DNA of 32,000 bases. Source: Methylorubrum extorquens. Its GTDB lineage: Bacteria; Pseudomonadota; Alphaproteobacteria; Rhizobiales; Beijerinckiaceae. Where the stretch lies: positions 1,410,001 to 1,442,000 of the forward strand of contig LT962688.1 in NCBI GenBank assembly GCA_900234795.1, in the 5' to 3' direction. Positions within the stretch are counted from its first letter, which is position 1. Every line of letters begins with the position of its first letter. Positions 20,283 through 29,337 of this stretch are shown here, one piece after another. Below the pieces are notes generated by a model. The model was not told the DNA's origin. It did no database searches and was given only the letters and a program-made list of their open reading frames with translations. A program made the position numbers and the translations under genes.

Positions 20283-20813
20283 TCACGATCCCGCGCGCGC
20301 CTGCTGCGCCCGCAGCTTGGCGTAGCGCTTGAGGACCCGCTCGCGGCGCAGCCGGGTCAGCCGGTCGATCCAGAAGATGCCATCGAGCTGGTCGATCTCG
20401 TGCTGGAGGCAGGCGGCGCGCAGGCCCTCGGCCTCCTCCTCGTGCTCGGCCCCGTCGAGGTCGCGGTAGCGCACCCGGACGCGCGCGGGCCGCTCCACCG
20501 GCTCGACCACGCCCGGCATCGAGACGCTTCCCTCCGGATGCGCGGCCCGCTCGGGCGAGGCCCAGGCGACGACCGGATCGACGTAGACCGCGTGCGGCTC
20601 GTCCGGCTGAAGCCGGATCACCACCACCCGCTCCAGGCGCCCGATATGGATCGCGGTCAGCCCCATCGCCGAGACGGCGCCGAGGGTGTCGAGCACGTCC
20701 GCCGCGAGCGCGCGCAAGGACTCACCCGTTAAGGCCTCGCCGGTCGCGGAGACGGGTTCGGCCGCCCGGTGCAGGCGCGCATCGGGATAGAAGATCAGCG
20801 GGCGGACGGGCAT
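20283..20813 (-). CDS. Peptide deformylase-like protein with degenerate catalytic motifs
   Basis: The 176-aa protein is collinear with Def (MPVRPLIFYPDARLHRAAEPV...). Motif 1 GIGLAAxQ is MGLTAIH here. Motif 2 EGCLS is EGSVS (Cys to Ser). Motif 3 QHExDH is QHEIDQ (second His to Gln). Confidence 0.8.
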   Translation of the reverse strand: MPVRPLIFYPDARLHRAAEPVSATGEALTGESLRALAADVLDTLGAVSAMGLTAIHIGRLERVVVIRLQPDEPHAVYVDPVVAWASPERAAHPEGSVSMPGVVEPVERPARVRVRYRDLDGAEHEEEAEGLRAACLQHEIDQLDGIFWIDRLTRLRRERVLKRYAKLRAQQARAGS

Positions 20814-21256
20814 GCGAGCGGGTTCCGGGGCCAGGCAACAGGGCAGCGGGCCCAATGCACGCGCCGTCTTGAGATGCAGCCTGGAGATCGAGTCAAGCCG
20901 GGACCCTCCGGCTCGGCGTGCCGTCGGGAATCTCGGCGCTGCAGCGTATGGGGCAAGGGGACGGCCCGACCGAAGACAGATTATCGACAGGACGGGCTCG
21001 CTCCCGTGACTGTATTGGGAGGAACAGGTCCCTGATCTCGCTCCGGGGATTGCGCCCTCACCCCAATCCGCAACGCCGCCCATCGAAGGACGCTATCGGC
21101 CTTCGGAGGCGCCGGGACGTGAAGATTGATGTTCGGCGACGTGCGCCTTCGCCTCATCCGGACAGTCCAGATGCGGTGGGCCCGCCGACGGCACGATACT
21201 GGAACCGCTCCGGGGACGATGCATTGTCGTCCCAACCAACAAAGGAGGGATCTCCC

Positions 21257-21517
21257 ATGAAGACCTTGACGACCCTGCTCGCCGGCACACTCGTCGCGGC
21301 GACCATGATCGCCGCGGTGCCGGCCTCCGCGCAATCGATCACCATTGGTCCGGACGGCCGGCCGGGGTTCGACCTCCGGTCCCGGGGGCAGCGCGATCGC
21401 GACGACAGCCGCGAGATGCGCAGGCGCGACCGGGGCGATTATTATCGCGAGCAGCGCTTCCGGGATCGCGACCGGTACGAGCGCCGCGGTTACGACCGAC
21501 GCGGCTACGATTACTGA
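21257..21517 (+). CDS. Small secreted Arg/Asp-rich protein (86 aa)
   Basis: A strong SD (AAAGGAGGGA) lies 7 nt before ATG 21257. Signal peptide MKTLTTLLAGTLVAATMIAAVPASA, then QSITIGPDGRPGFDLRSRGQRDRDDSREMRRRDRGDYYREQRFRDRDRYERRGYDRRGYDY. A canonical terminator follows about 80 nt downstream. Confidence 0.75.
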   Translation: MKTLTTLLAGTLVAATMIAAVPASAQSITIGPDGRPGFDLRSRGQRDRDDSREMRRRDRGDYYREQRFRDRDRYERRGYDRRGYDY

Positions 21518-21597
21518 TCAGGGGCGAGCCCCGCAGCTTCAGGGGCCCTGCCGCGATCGATCGCGGTCGAGGTGGGGTTACGATGATGAGGCGGAAC

Positions 21598-21622
21598 GGG
21601 GCCGGGTGACCGGCCCCTTTTT
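21598..21622 (+). terminator. Rho-independent terminator
   Basis: GGGGCCGG-GTGA-CCGGCCCC followed by TTTTT, downstream of the small Arg/Asp-rich gene. Confidence 0.8.
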
Positions 21623-22107
21623 CGTGCCCGGAGAACACCGTCCATCGCCTCATCGAGCCCTCAACATCACGTCATGCCGGCCGCGCGTCTTCGGGATGCG
21701 CCATCGATCGCCGTACGATTCGACGGCCCGAATCGGCAGCGGCGATCGTTTACGGCAATCCCCCAACAAATGTTGTCGTCACAACAATGTTACGCTGAGC
21801 CAAACCGGTCACACCCGACGTGAGACCAGCGTAGTTGCTCCAAATGGCCAAGTTTCTTCCTCGAATTTCCGCTTTGCGCGAAGAGCAGTGCTTGGCGGAA
21901 ACCTTTGCGCCGCTTGCACGGTTACCGCATCGAATCTAACCATGCACCGTCGATCGGTGGCTGCCTTTGGCAAGACCTTCGATGCCCCCGGAAGGGACGC
22001 GGCGCCGGCTTGTTTCCTCGCTCGCTTCGACGAACGGGACGGCCTTTTCGGCCGAGGACGGGACGCATTTCATACGGGGTGCCGCGGCGAGCGGAGGAGG
22101 AACCCGG

Positions 22108-22317
22108 ATGCAGACTGGTACCGTGAAATGGTTCGATGAGGTCAAGGGCTACGGGTTCATCCAGCCCGATACCGGGGGCAAGGACGTGTTCGTGCATATC
22201 TCCGCCGTCCAGCAGGCGGGCCTGCGCGGCCTCGTCGAGGGGCAGAAGGTCAGCTTCGACGTCGAGAACGACCGCCGCAGCGGCAAGCCGGCCGCCGTCA
22301 ACCTGCAGGCCAGTTGA
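22108..22317 (+). CDS. cspA: Cold-shock protein (CspA family)
   Basis: MQTGTVKWFDEVKGYGFIQPDTGGKDVFVHISAV contains the RNP1 (KGYGFI) and RNP2 (VFVHIS) motifs. 69 aa. GGAGGAGGAA SD upstream. A long non-coding upstream region is typical of csp leaders. Confidence 0.95.
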   Translation: MQTGTVKWFDEVKGYGFIQPDTGGKDVFVHISAVQQAGLRGLVEGQKVSFDVENDRRSGKPAAVNLQAS

Positions 22318-22546
22318 GGCTGGATACGCTGGACGCTTGAGGGCCCTGCCCTAAAACCTGATTCCATCCCGCAACAGGTCCAAAAATGTCACCGGAGCCG
22401 CCCCGAACCGGGGCGACATCTGTTGCGTGTTGCGGCGCACTCGTGCATCGACTGCGCCGGTTCTATAAAAGGCTCGATCCGAGTCCAGGCTGCCCGGACT
22501 GTGACTGATCCGGCATCCGGCCGTGTCAATGCATGAGAAAGGTCAT

Positions 22547-22927
22547 ATGAGCGCATTCGACTTCAGGAATTTCGAAGACCGCCGCCAGAGCTCCCAAGCC
22601 GCCAAGGCGGCATTGCTCGAGAAGTTCAAGGCCCGGACACCGCTTGACGATCCGGAGATGCGTGCGAAGGCCCAGGCTCGCGCCGAGGTTGCCCGCGCCC
22701 GCGACGAGCGCGCCCGCGAGCGCGAGCGCATCCGCATCGAGACCGAGCGGAAGGCGGCGGAGGAGAAGCGCCTGCGCGAGGAAGCCGAGCTCGCCGCTCA
22801 GCTCGCCCGCGAGGCTGCCGAGGCCGCCGCACTGGCCGAGCGCAAGGCTGCCGAAGCCGCGGAGAAGAAGGCGGCCCGCGACGCGCGCTATGCCGCCCGC
22901 AAGGCCAACGTCAAGATTCGTCGCTGA
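22547..22927 (+). CDS. Small coiled-coil, charged protein, probably DUF6481 family
   Basis: ATG 22547 follows GAGAAAGG. MSAFDFRNFEDRRQSSQAAKAALLEKFKARTPLDDPEM..., then an Ala/Glu/Arg-rich helix ending KAARDARYAARKANVKIRR. This pattern matches small conserved Rhizobiales proteins as I recall them. Confidence 0.7.
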   Translation: MSAFDFRNFEDRRQSSQAAKAALLEKFKARTPLDDPEMRAKAQARAEVARARDERARERERIRIETERKAAEEKRLREEAELAAQLAREAAEAAALAERKAAEAAEKKAARDARYAARKANVKIRR

Positions 22928-23010
22928 GCCTCCCGCGGACGCTCCCGGCCCTCCGGGAGCGCCGCAAAGCCGGTCCGCCCAACCGATCGGCTGTTTTCGA
23001 CACGACCACA

Positions 23011-23046
23011 CGCGCCGGACGCTTCGAGCCCGGCGCGTTTTCTTTT
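23011..23046 (+). terminator. Rho-independent terminator
   Basis: CGCGCCGG-N11-CCGGCGCG followed by TTTTCTTTT, ~85 nt after the stop of the DUF6481-like gene. Confidence 0.7.
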
Positions 23047-23335
23047 GGCCCTCCGCCTCGTCATGACGCGATGCGAGACCGCTCGATGGCCCCCGGCCGG
23101 ACGAGCGGCGGCATTCCCTGTGGGCAGATTACGCAGTTGATGGCTGCGATCGACCGGCAACGCTTGGCAAGCTCGTCTCCGACGACGTTAGAGTGCCTCA
23201 CAAAATCGCCCGGTCACGGGTCGTTCTCGCCCCGGCGATGATCAGCGCGGCGGGCGTTTTGTGAGAGATGCTTCGATTGCCGCGGATGCGCGCTGCAGGC
23301 GGCGAGCGCCGGGGCCGAACAGGGAGGGCCGAGCA

Positions 23336-23650
23336 TTGCGTATCCTGGGCAACCACTTCGGTCCGCCGGCCCGGCGCGGTCTGACCGCGGCCGGTTTGCT
23401 TCTCGCCACGCTTCTCGGAACCGGCCTCGGGCCGTCTCCCGCCGCCGCGCAGAGCGAGCCGCCGATCCGCAGCGCGGAGGACGCGTTCTGCCGCAGCGAG
23501 GCGCGGGCGCAGGTCTTCTCCGCCCCGGACCCGCTCAATCTCGGCCTGCGCGAGATCGGCCGCCGCATCTGGGCGAGCTGCATGGACCGGACCCAGCGCA
23601 AGGCCCATCCGCGCAAGGGGCAGAAGCCGCGCAAGCGCCGCCACCGCTGA
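23336..23650 (+). CDS. Hypothetical small exported basic protein (104 aa from TTG)
   Basis: TTG 23336 is preceded by GGGAGGG at 7-nt spacing. There is a signal-like segment RRGLTAAGLLLATLLGTGLGPSPAAAQ, two Cys, and a very basic tail KAHPRKGQKPRKRRHR. GC3 is high. The start is uncertain (ATG 23261 is possible). Confidence 0.5.
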   Translation: MRILGNHFGPPARRGLTAAGLLLATLLGTGLGPSPAAAQSEPPIRSAEDAFCRSEARAQVFSAPDPLNLGLREIGRRIWASCMDRTQRKAHPRKGQKPRKRRHR

Positions 23651-23721
23651 GCGCAGAACCGCCCTCGCGCGCGAGCGGGGCCGTCCCCACATCCTGCCGG
23701 AGATAAGGCAGGAGACGCGTG

Positions 23722-24096
23722 ATGGGCTTACTCGACGGGCTGCTCGGGCATGGCAGCGACCTCTCCGCGGACGAGGTGGACCGGCAGCTCGCCGGGGTGC
23801 TGGCGCCGGGCGAGAGCGTGCGCGTCGCCTTCAAGGTGATCCGCGACCTGATGATCTTCACCGACCGCCGCCTGATCCTGGTCGATCGCCAGGGCATGAC
23901 CGGCCGCAAGGTCGAGTACCTGACCGTGCCCTACCGCGCGATCACCTCGTTCTCGGTCGAGACCGCGGGCAGCTTCGACATGGATTCGGAGCTGAAGATC
24001 TGGATCTCGGGGCGGCCCGACCCGATCCAGCGCACGCTCAAGCGCGGCGCCGACATCTTGGGGATTCAGCAGGCCATCGCCGGCTCGCTGAAATAG
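23722..24096 (+). CDS. Bacterial PH-domain protein (bPH_1/DUF1696, YokE-like)
   Basis: MGLLDGLLGHGSDL...VAFKVIRDLMIFTDRRLILVDRQGMTGRKVEYLTVPYRAITSFSVETAGSFDMDSELKIWISG matches the bPH_1 family pattern from memory. Confidence 0.8.
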   Translation: MGLLDGLLGHGSDLSADEVDRQLAGVLAPGESVRVAFKVIRDLMIFTDRRLILVDRQGMTGRKVEYLTVPYRAITSFSVETAGSFDMDSELKIWISGRPDPIQRTLKRGADILGIQQAIAGSLK

Positions 24097-24105
24097 ACCT
24101 CCGCC

Positions 24106-24654
24106 ATGACGTCGAAGACGGACGGGCCCGAGCCGGGTTTCACGGTCCGGCGCCTCGGCCCTGGCGACATCCCGTCGATGCGCGCCCTCAACGCCCTGTT
24201 CGGACGCGCCTTCGCCGAGCCCGGCACCTACGGCGCCGCCCCGCCGGACGACGCCTACCTCGCGGACCTGCTGGCCAAGGCGCATGTCGCGGTGCTGGCG
24301 GCGGAACGTGACGGCACCGTTCTGGGTGGCCTCGTCGCCTACGAGCTCGACAAGTTCGAGCAGGCACGGCGCGAGATCTACCTCTACGATCTCGCCGTCG
24401 AGGCCGAGCACCGTCGCCGCGGCATCGCCACGGCGCTGATCCGGCAGCTGCAGGCCCATGCCGCGGGCCGGGGCACCTGGGTCATCTTCGTCCAGGGCGA
24501 TCCCGGCGACGGCCCGGCGCTCGCGCGCTACGAGCGGCTCGGCACCCGCGAGGAAGTCCTGCATTTCGATCTGCCCGTCGGGGCCCTGCCCTTGCCATCG
24601 AGAGCGAATCCCTCTAAAGGCCCGGCCTTCGCGTTCGCTCCGGCCGGGGGCTGA
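24106..24654 (+). CDS. AAC(3)-I-family aminoglycoside 3-N-acetyltransferase homolog (GNAT)
   Basis: From memory, the protein aligns with AAC(3)-Ia: RRLGP.D...MRA...LFG..F......Y....P...YL..LL.......LAA......[31 protein letters not shown]...A...G..VI.VQ.D.GD.PA...Y..LG.REEV.HFD. It starts 9 nt after the PH-domain gene. Confidence 0.85.
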   Translation: MTSKTDGPEPGFTVRRLGPGDIPSMRALNALFGRAFAEPGTYGAAPPDDAYLADLLAKAHVAVLAAERDGTVLGGLVAYELDKFEQARREIYLYDLAVEAEHRRRGIATALIRQLQAHAAGRGTWVIFVQGDPGDGPALARYERLGTREEVLHFDLPVGALPLPSRANPSKGPAFAFAPAGG

Positions 24655-24661
24655 ACGGACG

Positions 24662-24699
24662 GTGCCGCAAGAGACGACCTCTCGCGGCACAGGGTTTTT
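24662..24699 (+). terminator. Rho-independent terminator
   Basis: GTGCCGCAAGAG-ACGAC-CTCTCGCGGCAC (one mismatch) followed by AGGGTTTTT, directly after the AAC(3)-like gene. Confidence 0.65.
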
Positions 24700-24854
24700 C
24701 AAAGAACCCGTCGTCCGGTGTCTCCGCCTTCGATCAACCGCTCGGGCCATCATCACGGCTCGAAGGGCTTGGCGCCGAGAGAATGCGAGACGAACCGGCC
24801 CGACACACCCGCGACGCGCGGGCGGGCTTCCTTATGGCAAGGAAAGGCCCAAGA

Positions 24855-25310
24855 ATGCCTCTCTATGAGCACGTCTTCCTGGCGCGCCAGGACGTGACGG
24901 CCCAGCAGGTCGAGACCATGGTCGAGACCTACAAGGGCGTCATCGAGACGGGCGGCGGCACGATCGAGAAGATCGAGTCCTGGGGCGTCAAGTCCCTCGC
25001 TTACCGTATCAAGAAGAACCGCAAGGCGCATTTCACGCTCCTCAACATCTCCGCCCCCCCGGCCGCCGTGGCCGAGATGGAGCGCCAGATGCAGATCTCC
25101 GAGGACGTGCTGCGCTTCATGACCGTTCGCGTCGAGCAGCTGGAGGCCGAGCCTTCCGCGATGATGCAGAAGCGCGACCGCGACGACCGGAAGGACCGCG
25201 ACCGCGGTGACCGTCCGCGCCGCCGCGACGACGACTTCGGTGGCGGCGACCGTGGTGATCGCGGCGACCGCGGCGATCGTCCCGAGCGCAACTTCGGCGG
25301 GGAGAACTAA
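24855..25310 (+). CDS. rpsF: 30S ribosomal protein S6
   Basis: [20 protein letters not shown]...[22 protein letters not shown], with the Arg/Asp-rich C-terminal tail usual in alphaproteobacteria. SD is GGAAAGG. Confidence 0.95.
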   Translation: MPLYEHVFLARQDVTAQQVETMVETYKGVIETGGGTIEKIESWGVKSLAYRIKKNRKAHFTLLNISAPPAAVAEMERQMQISEDVLRFMTVRVEQLEAEPSAMMQKRDRDDRKDRDRGDRPRRRDDDFGGGDRGDRGDRGDRPERNFGGEN

Positions 25311-25312
25311 TC

Positions 25313-25567
25313 ATGGCATTCGGTGCTGGTGGTGGCGGCGGTGGCCGTCGTCCGTTCTTCCGTCGTCGCAAGAGCTGCCCGTTCTCGGGCGAGAACGCTC
25401 CCAAGATCGACTACAAGGACGTGAAGCTGCTCTCCCGCTACGTCTCGGAGCGCGGCAAGATCGTTCCCTCGCGCATCACGGCCGTTTCGGCCAAGAAGCA
25501 GCGCGAGCTTGCCCAGGCGATCAAGCGCTCGCGCTTCCTCGGCCTGCTGCCCTACGTCATCAAGTAG
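25313..25567 (+). CDS. rpsR: 30S ribosomal protein S18
   Basis: ...[65 protein letters not shown]. It starts 2 nt after the rpsF stop. Confidence 0.95.
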   Translation: MAFGAGGGGGGRRPFFRRRKSCPFSGENAPKIDYKDVKLLSRYVSERGKIVPSRITAVSAKKQRELAQAIKRSRFLGLLPYVIK

Positions 25568-25702
25568 GACCTTCCGCCGGCCCTTACGGGGGCCGGTCAT
25601 CAATCGCGAGGGCGGCTCCCCGCAAAGGGACCGCCCGATCGTTGGGGCGACGTCTTCAGCCCCTAACCCTGCCCATGACGGGACAGCGGGACAGCGGATT
25701 TC

Positions 25703-26761
25703 ATGACCAAGGACATACCTGTCGGCGCCGGTGCCGGCCTCGTGGCGGCGCTGCTGTTCGGCGTGCTGCTCAAGGCCACGACGCTCTCGATCCTGCTCTA
25801 CCTGCTCGCCCCACTGCCGATCCTCATCGTCGGCCTGGGCTGGAGCCACCGCGCGGCGCTCGCCGCCGTCGTCTCGGGCGGGTTGGCGCTCGCGCTCTTC
25901 ATCTCGCCCTATCTCGGCCTGGCGTTTGCGGCCTACCTCGCCATCCCCGCCTGGTGGCTCGCCTATCTCGCCCTGCTCGGCCGGCCGAACGCGGACGGCA
26001 CGATCGAGTGGTATCCCACGGGGCGCCTGCTCGCCTGGGTCGCGGGCACCGCAGCGCTCGCCTTCATCGCCATCGCCGTCATCGCCTCGCCCGACTACGA
26101 CACCTTCCGCGCGCAGCTCACCACGATGAGCCGCCGGGTCGTGCAGGTTCAGGTGCAGCGCGGCCGGATTCCCGCCCCGCCGCAGAGCGGTACAGCGAGC
26201 GAAGCCCCCGGCAGCGCCGAGAAGCCCGCAGAGACAAACGCCGACGGGGCTGTGTCGCAGGCGCCGGGCGATGCTCAGACCGGCGAGCCGCAAAAGGTCG
26301 ACGACCTCGCCAGCGAAGTCGCCGACGCGCTGGCGACCGTCGCGCCCGCGATTGCCGCCCAGGGTCTCACGATCCTGTTCACCTTCTACCTCTGGGCCGC
26401 CGCCCGCATCGTGCAGATCTCGGGGCGCCTGCTCCGGCCCTGGCCCGACCTGCCCTCCACGATGATGCCGCGCTCCACGCTGCTGGTCTTCGCCGCCGCC
26501 CTGACCCTGGCGATGGTGCCCGGCTATCCCGGTGCGCTCGGCATCGCCCTGATCGGCGCCTTCAGCGCGGCCTTCGCGCTCCAGGGGCTCGCCGCCTTCC
26601 ACGACCGCAGCCGCGGCCGGCCGGGGCGCTTCGCCCTGCTCGCCGGCCTCTACGTGCTGCTGTTCCTCACCCAGGGCGTGGCCATGCTCGCCCTGATCCT
26701 GTTCGGCATTGCCGATACCGCCCTCGACCGGCGCCGCCCGAAAGCTCGCGGCGACGCCTGA
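25703..26761 (+). CDS. Polytopic membrane protein (DUF2232-like), conserved between rpsR and rplI in Rhizobiales
   Basis: The 352-aa protein has multiple TM segments. Its position between rpsR and rplI is the conserved Rhizobiales arrangement as I recall it. It contains a hydrophilic low-complexity insert ([51 protein letters not shown]). Confidence 0.8.
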   Translation: MTKDIPVGAGAGLVAALLFGVLLKATTLSILLYLLAPLPILIVGLGWSHRAALAAVVSGGLALALFISPYLGLAFAAYLAIPAWWLAYLALLGRPNADGTIEWYPTGRLLAWVAGTAALAFIAIAVIASPDYDTFRAQLTTMSRRVVQVQVQRGRIPAPPQSGTASEAPGSAEKPAETNADGAVSQAPGDAQTGEPQKVDDLASEVADALATVAPAIAAQGLTILFTFYLWAAARIVQISGRLLRPWPDLPSTMMPRSTLLVFAAALTLAMVPGYPGALGIALIGAFSAAFALQGLAAFHDRSRGRPGRFALLAGLYVLLFLTQGVAMLALILFGIADTALDRRRPKARGDA

Positions 26762-26798
26762 TCCCACCCGCTTCCAAGCAACCTCAAGGAGAAGCCCC

Positions 26799-27371
26799 AT
26801 GGAAGTCATCCTGCTCGAACGCGTCGCCAAGCTCGGCCAGATGGGCGAGACCGTGAACGTGCGTCCCGGCTACGCCCGCAACTTCCTGCTCGCCCGCGGC
26901 AAGGCCCTGCGCGCCACCGAGAACAACAAGAAGCATTTCGAGGCCCAGCGCGCCCAGCTCGAGGCCCGCAACCTCGAGCGCCGCAACGAGGCCCAGACGG
27001 TGGCCGAGAAGCTCGACGGCCAGAGCTTCGTGCTGATCCGCCAGTCCGGCGAGACCGGCGTGCTCTACGGCTCGGTCTCGACTCGCGACCTCGCCGAAGT
27101 CGTCACCAAGGAGGGCTTCAGCGTCGAGCGCGGCCAGTTCGTGCTCAACCAGCCGATCAAGACGCTGGGCCTGCACATCGTGCCGGTGACCCTGCACCCC
27201 GAGGTCGAGGTCAAGGTGACCGTCAACATCGCCCGTTCGCCGGAAGAGGCCGAGCGTCAGGCCCGCGGCGAGTCGGTGACCGAGCGCGAGCAGTTCAACC
27301 TCGACGACCTCGGCCTCGAAGTCGGCCAGGCTCTGGCCGATGCCGGCGAGGGCGCCGACGACCGCGGCTAA
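26799..27371 (+). CDS. rplI: 50S ribosomal protein L9
   Basis: [42 protein letters not shown] is AAGGAGAAG. Confidence 0.95.
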   Translation: MEVILLERVAKLGQMGETVNVRPGYARNFLLARGKALRATENNKKHFEAQRAQLEARNLERRNEAQTVAEKLDGQSFVLIRQSGETGVLYGSVSTRDLAEVVTKEGFSVERGQFVLNQPIKTLGLHIVPVTLHPEVEVKVTVNIARSPEEAERQARGESVTEREQFNLDDLGLEVGQALADAGEGADDRG

Positions 27372-27692
27372 GTCCGGGTTTTCTCCAGGGCTCCACCCTG
27401 GACCCGCGAAAGGACCAGTCCTTTCGCCCCCCCCTGGCAGCCGCATAAGCGGTGGAGAACGGGGATGCGCCGGCCTCCGGCGTTGACTTGTTCTCAATCC
27501 GTTCCAGCATGACGCCCGCGATTCCCGTGACCCGGGAGCCGCGGGCGTCTCGCGTTTCGGGGCCCGTGGCGTGCGTGTTGCAGCCGTTCCCAGCTGGGTC
27601 GGCTAAGGAAGGCTTCACCATCCCGAGGCAAGGTCCGGCGGGCATGAAACGGGGCGGCCAAGCCGCCCGCATCGGAGCGACGGACAAGCGCC

Positions 27693-29180
27693 ATGGCCCT
27701 GCCCAACGCCCTCACGGCCAATCTCGAGACGGTGCAGCCCGAATACCGGGTGCCGCCGCACAACATCGACGCGGAGCAGGCCCTGCTCGGCGCGATCATG
27801 GTCAACAACGACGCCTATTACCGTGTCTCGGACTTCCTACTGCCCGAGCACTTCATGGAGGCGGTGCACCGCCAGATCTTCGAGGTGTCGGTCTCGCTGA
27901 TCAAGGCGGGCAAGCTCGCCACGCCGATCACGCTGAAGACCTATCTCGGCGACATCGACCTCGGCGGCGTCACGCCGATGCAGTACCTCGCCCGCCTCGC
28001 GGCCGAGGCGACCACCGTCATCAACGCGGGCGAGTACGGCCGCACCATCTACGATCTGGCCATCCGCCGCCGGCTCATCACCATCGGCGAGGATCTGGTC
28101 AACGGCGCGTTCGAGGCGCCCGTCGAGTCCCGGCCGCGCGACCAGATCGAGGCGACCGAGCGCCGGCTCTACGAACTCGCCGAATCCGGCAAGTACGACG
28201 GCGGCTTCCAGAAATTCTCCGACGCGCTGACCGCGGCCATCGACATGGCGGCGAAAGCCTACCAGCGCGACGGCAAGCTCTCGGGCATCTCCACGGGGCT
28301 CACCGACCTCGACGCCAAGATGGGCGGCCTGCAGCCCTCGGACCTCATCATCCTCGCGGGGCGCCCGGCTATGGGCAAGACCTCGCTCGTGACCAACATC
28401 GCCTTCAACATCGCCAAGGCCTATCGCGGCGAGAAGCAGCCCGACGGCACCATGCAGACCGTCAACGGCGGCATCGTCGGCTTCTTCTCCCTCGAAATGT
28501 CGGCCGAGCAATTGGCGACCCGTATCATCGCCGAGCAGTCCGGCGTGCCCTCCTACAAGATCCGCCGCGGCGACATCCGCCCGGAGGACTTCTACAAGAT
28601 CACCGACGCCGCCCGGGACATGCAGACGATCCCGTTCTACATCGACCAGACCGGCGGCATCTCGATCGCCCAGCTCGCCGCCCGCGCCCGCCGCCTCAAG
28701 CGCCAGAAGGGCCTCGATCTGCTCATCATCGACTATCTCCAGCTCCTCTCCGGCTCCGGCAAGAAGAGCGACAACCGCGTGCAGGAGATGACCGAGATCA
28801 CCACCGGCATGAAGGCTCTGGCCAAGGAGCTGGCGGTGCCGATCATCGGCCTGTCGCAGCTCTCGCGTCAGGTCGAGAACCGCGACGACAAGCGGCCCCA
28901 GCTCTCGGACCTGCGCGAATCCGGCTCGATCGAGCAGGACGCCGACGTGGTGATGTTCGTGTTCCGCGAGGAATACTACGTCGGCAACAAGAAGCCGCGC
29001 GAGGGCACCGAGGAGTTCTTCGCCTGGGAGGCCGAGATGCAGCGCGTCCACGGCAAGGCCGAAGTCATCCTCGGCAAGCAGCGCCACGGCCCGACCGGCA
29101 CGGTGGAGCTGCAGTTCGACGCCAACATCACCCGGTTCTCGAACCTGGCGCAAAGCGACCGGATGCCCGAGCAGATGTGA
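27693..29180 (+). CDS. dnaB: Replicative DNA helicase DnaB
   Basis: PPHNIDAEQALLGAIMVNN N-terminal motif, Walker A GRPAMGKTS, IIDYLQLL, LSQLSRQVE, RESGSIEQDADVVMF. Confidence 0.96.
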   Translation: MALPNALTANLETVQPEYRVPPHNIDAEQALLGAIMVNNDAYYRVSDFLLPEHFMEAVHRQIFEVSVSLIKAGKLATPITLKTYLGDIDLGGVTPMQYLARLAAEATTVINAGEYGRTIYDLAIRRRLITIGEDLVNGAFEAPVESRPRDQIEATERRLYELAESGKYDGGFQKFSDALTAAIDMAAKAYQRDGKLSGISTGLTDLDAKMGGLQPSDLIILAGRPAMGKTSLVTNIAFNIAKAYRGEKQPDGTMQTVNGGIVGFFSLEMSAEQLATRIIAEQSGVPSYKIRRGDIRPEDFYKITDAARDMQTIPFYIDQTGGISIAQLAARARRLKRQKGLDLLIIDYLQLLSGSGKKSDNRVQEMTEITTGMKALAKELAVPIIGLSQLSRQVENRDDKRPQLSDLRESGSIEQDADVVMFVFREEYYVGNKKPREGTEEFFAWEAEMQRVHGKAEVILGKQRHGPTGTVELQFDANITRFSNLAQSDRMPEQM

Positions 29181-29337
29181 TATCGGTGGCCGGATCGACG
29201 GTCCGGTCCCGTCTCCGCCGGGGCTTTCCCCGCAGGAGTCTGTCATAGCGCCCGTAGAATCCTTCCCGGAAAACCCGACCACGGGCGATCCATTCCGCAG
29301 CAGCCACGGCGCCCGTCTGACGGTCGATCTCTCGGCC

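Noticed and set aside
21551-21566. Perfect 16-bp palindrome CCGCGATCGATCGCGG in the 3' UTR of the small Arg/Asp-rich gene
   Set aside because: GC-rich short palindromes are common by chance in this composition. It lies just upstream of a clear terminator and is most simply part of 3' UTR structure. There is no evidence for a specific function.
21345-22139. 264-aa ORF running from the small Arg/Asp-rich gene across the terminator into cspA
   Set aside because: It crosses a canonical terminator and the lower-GC cspA upstream region. It is out of frame with both real genes and has poor codon character.
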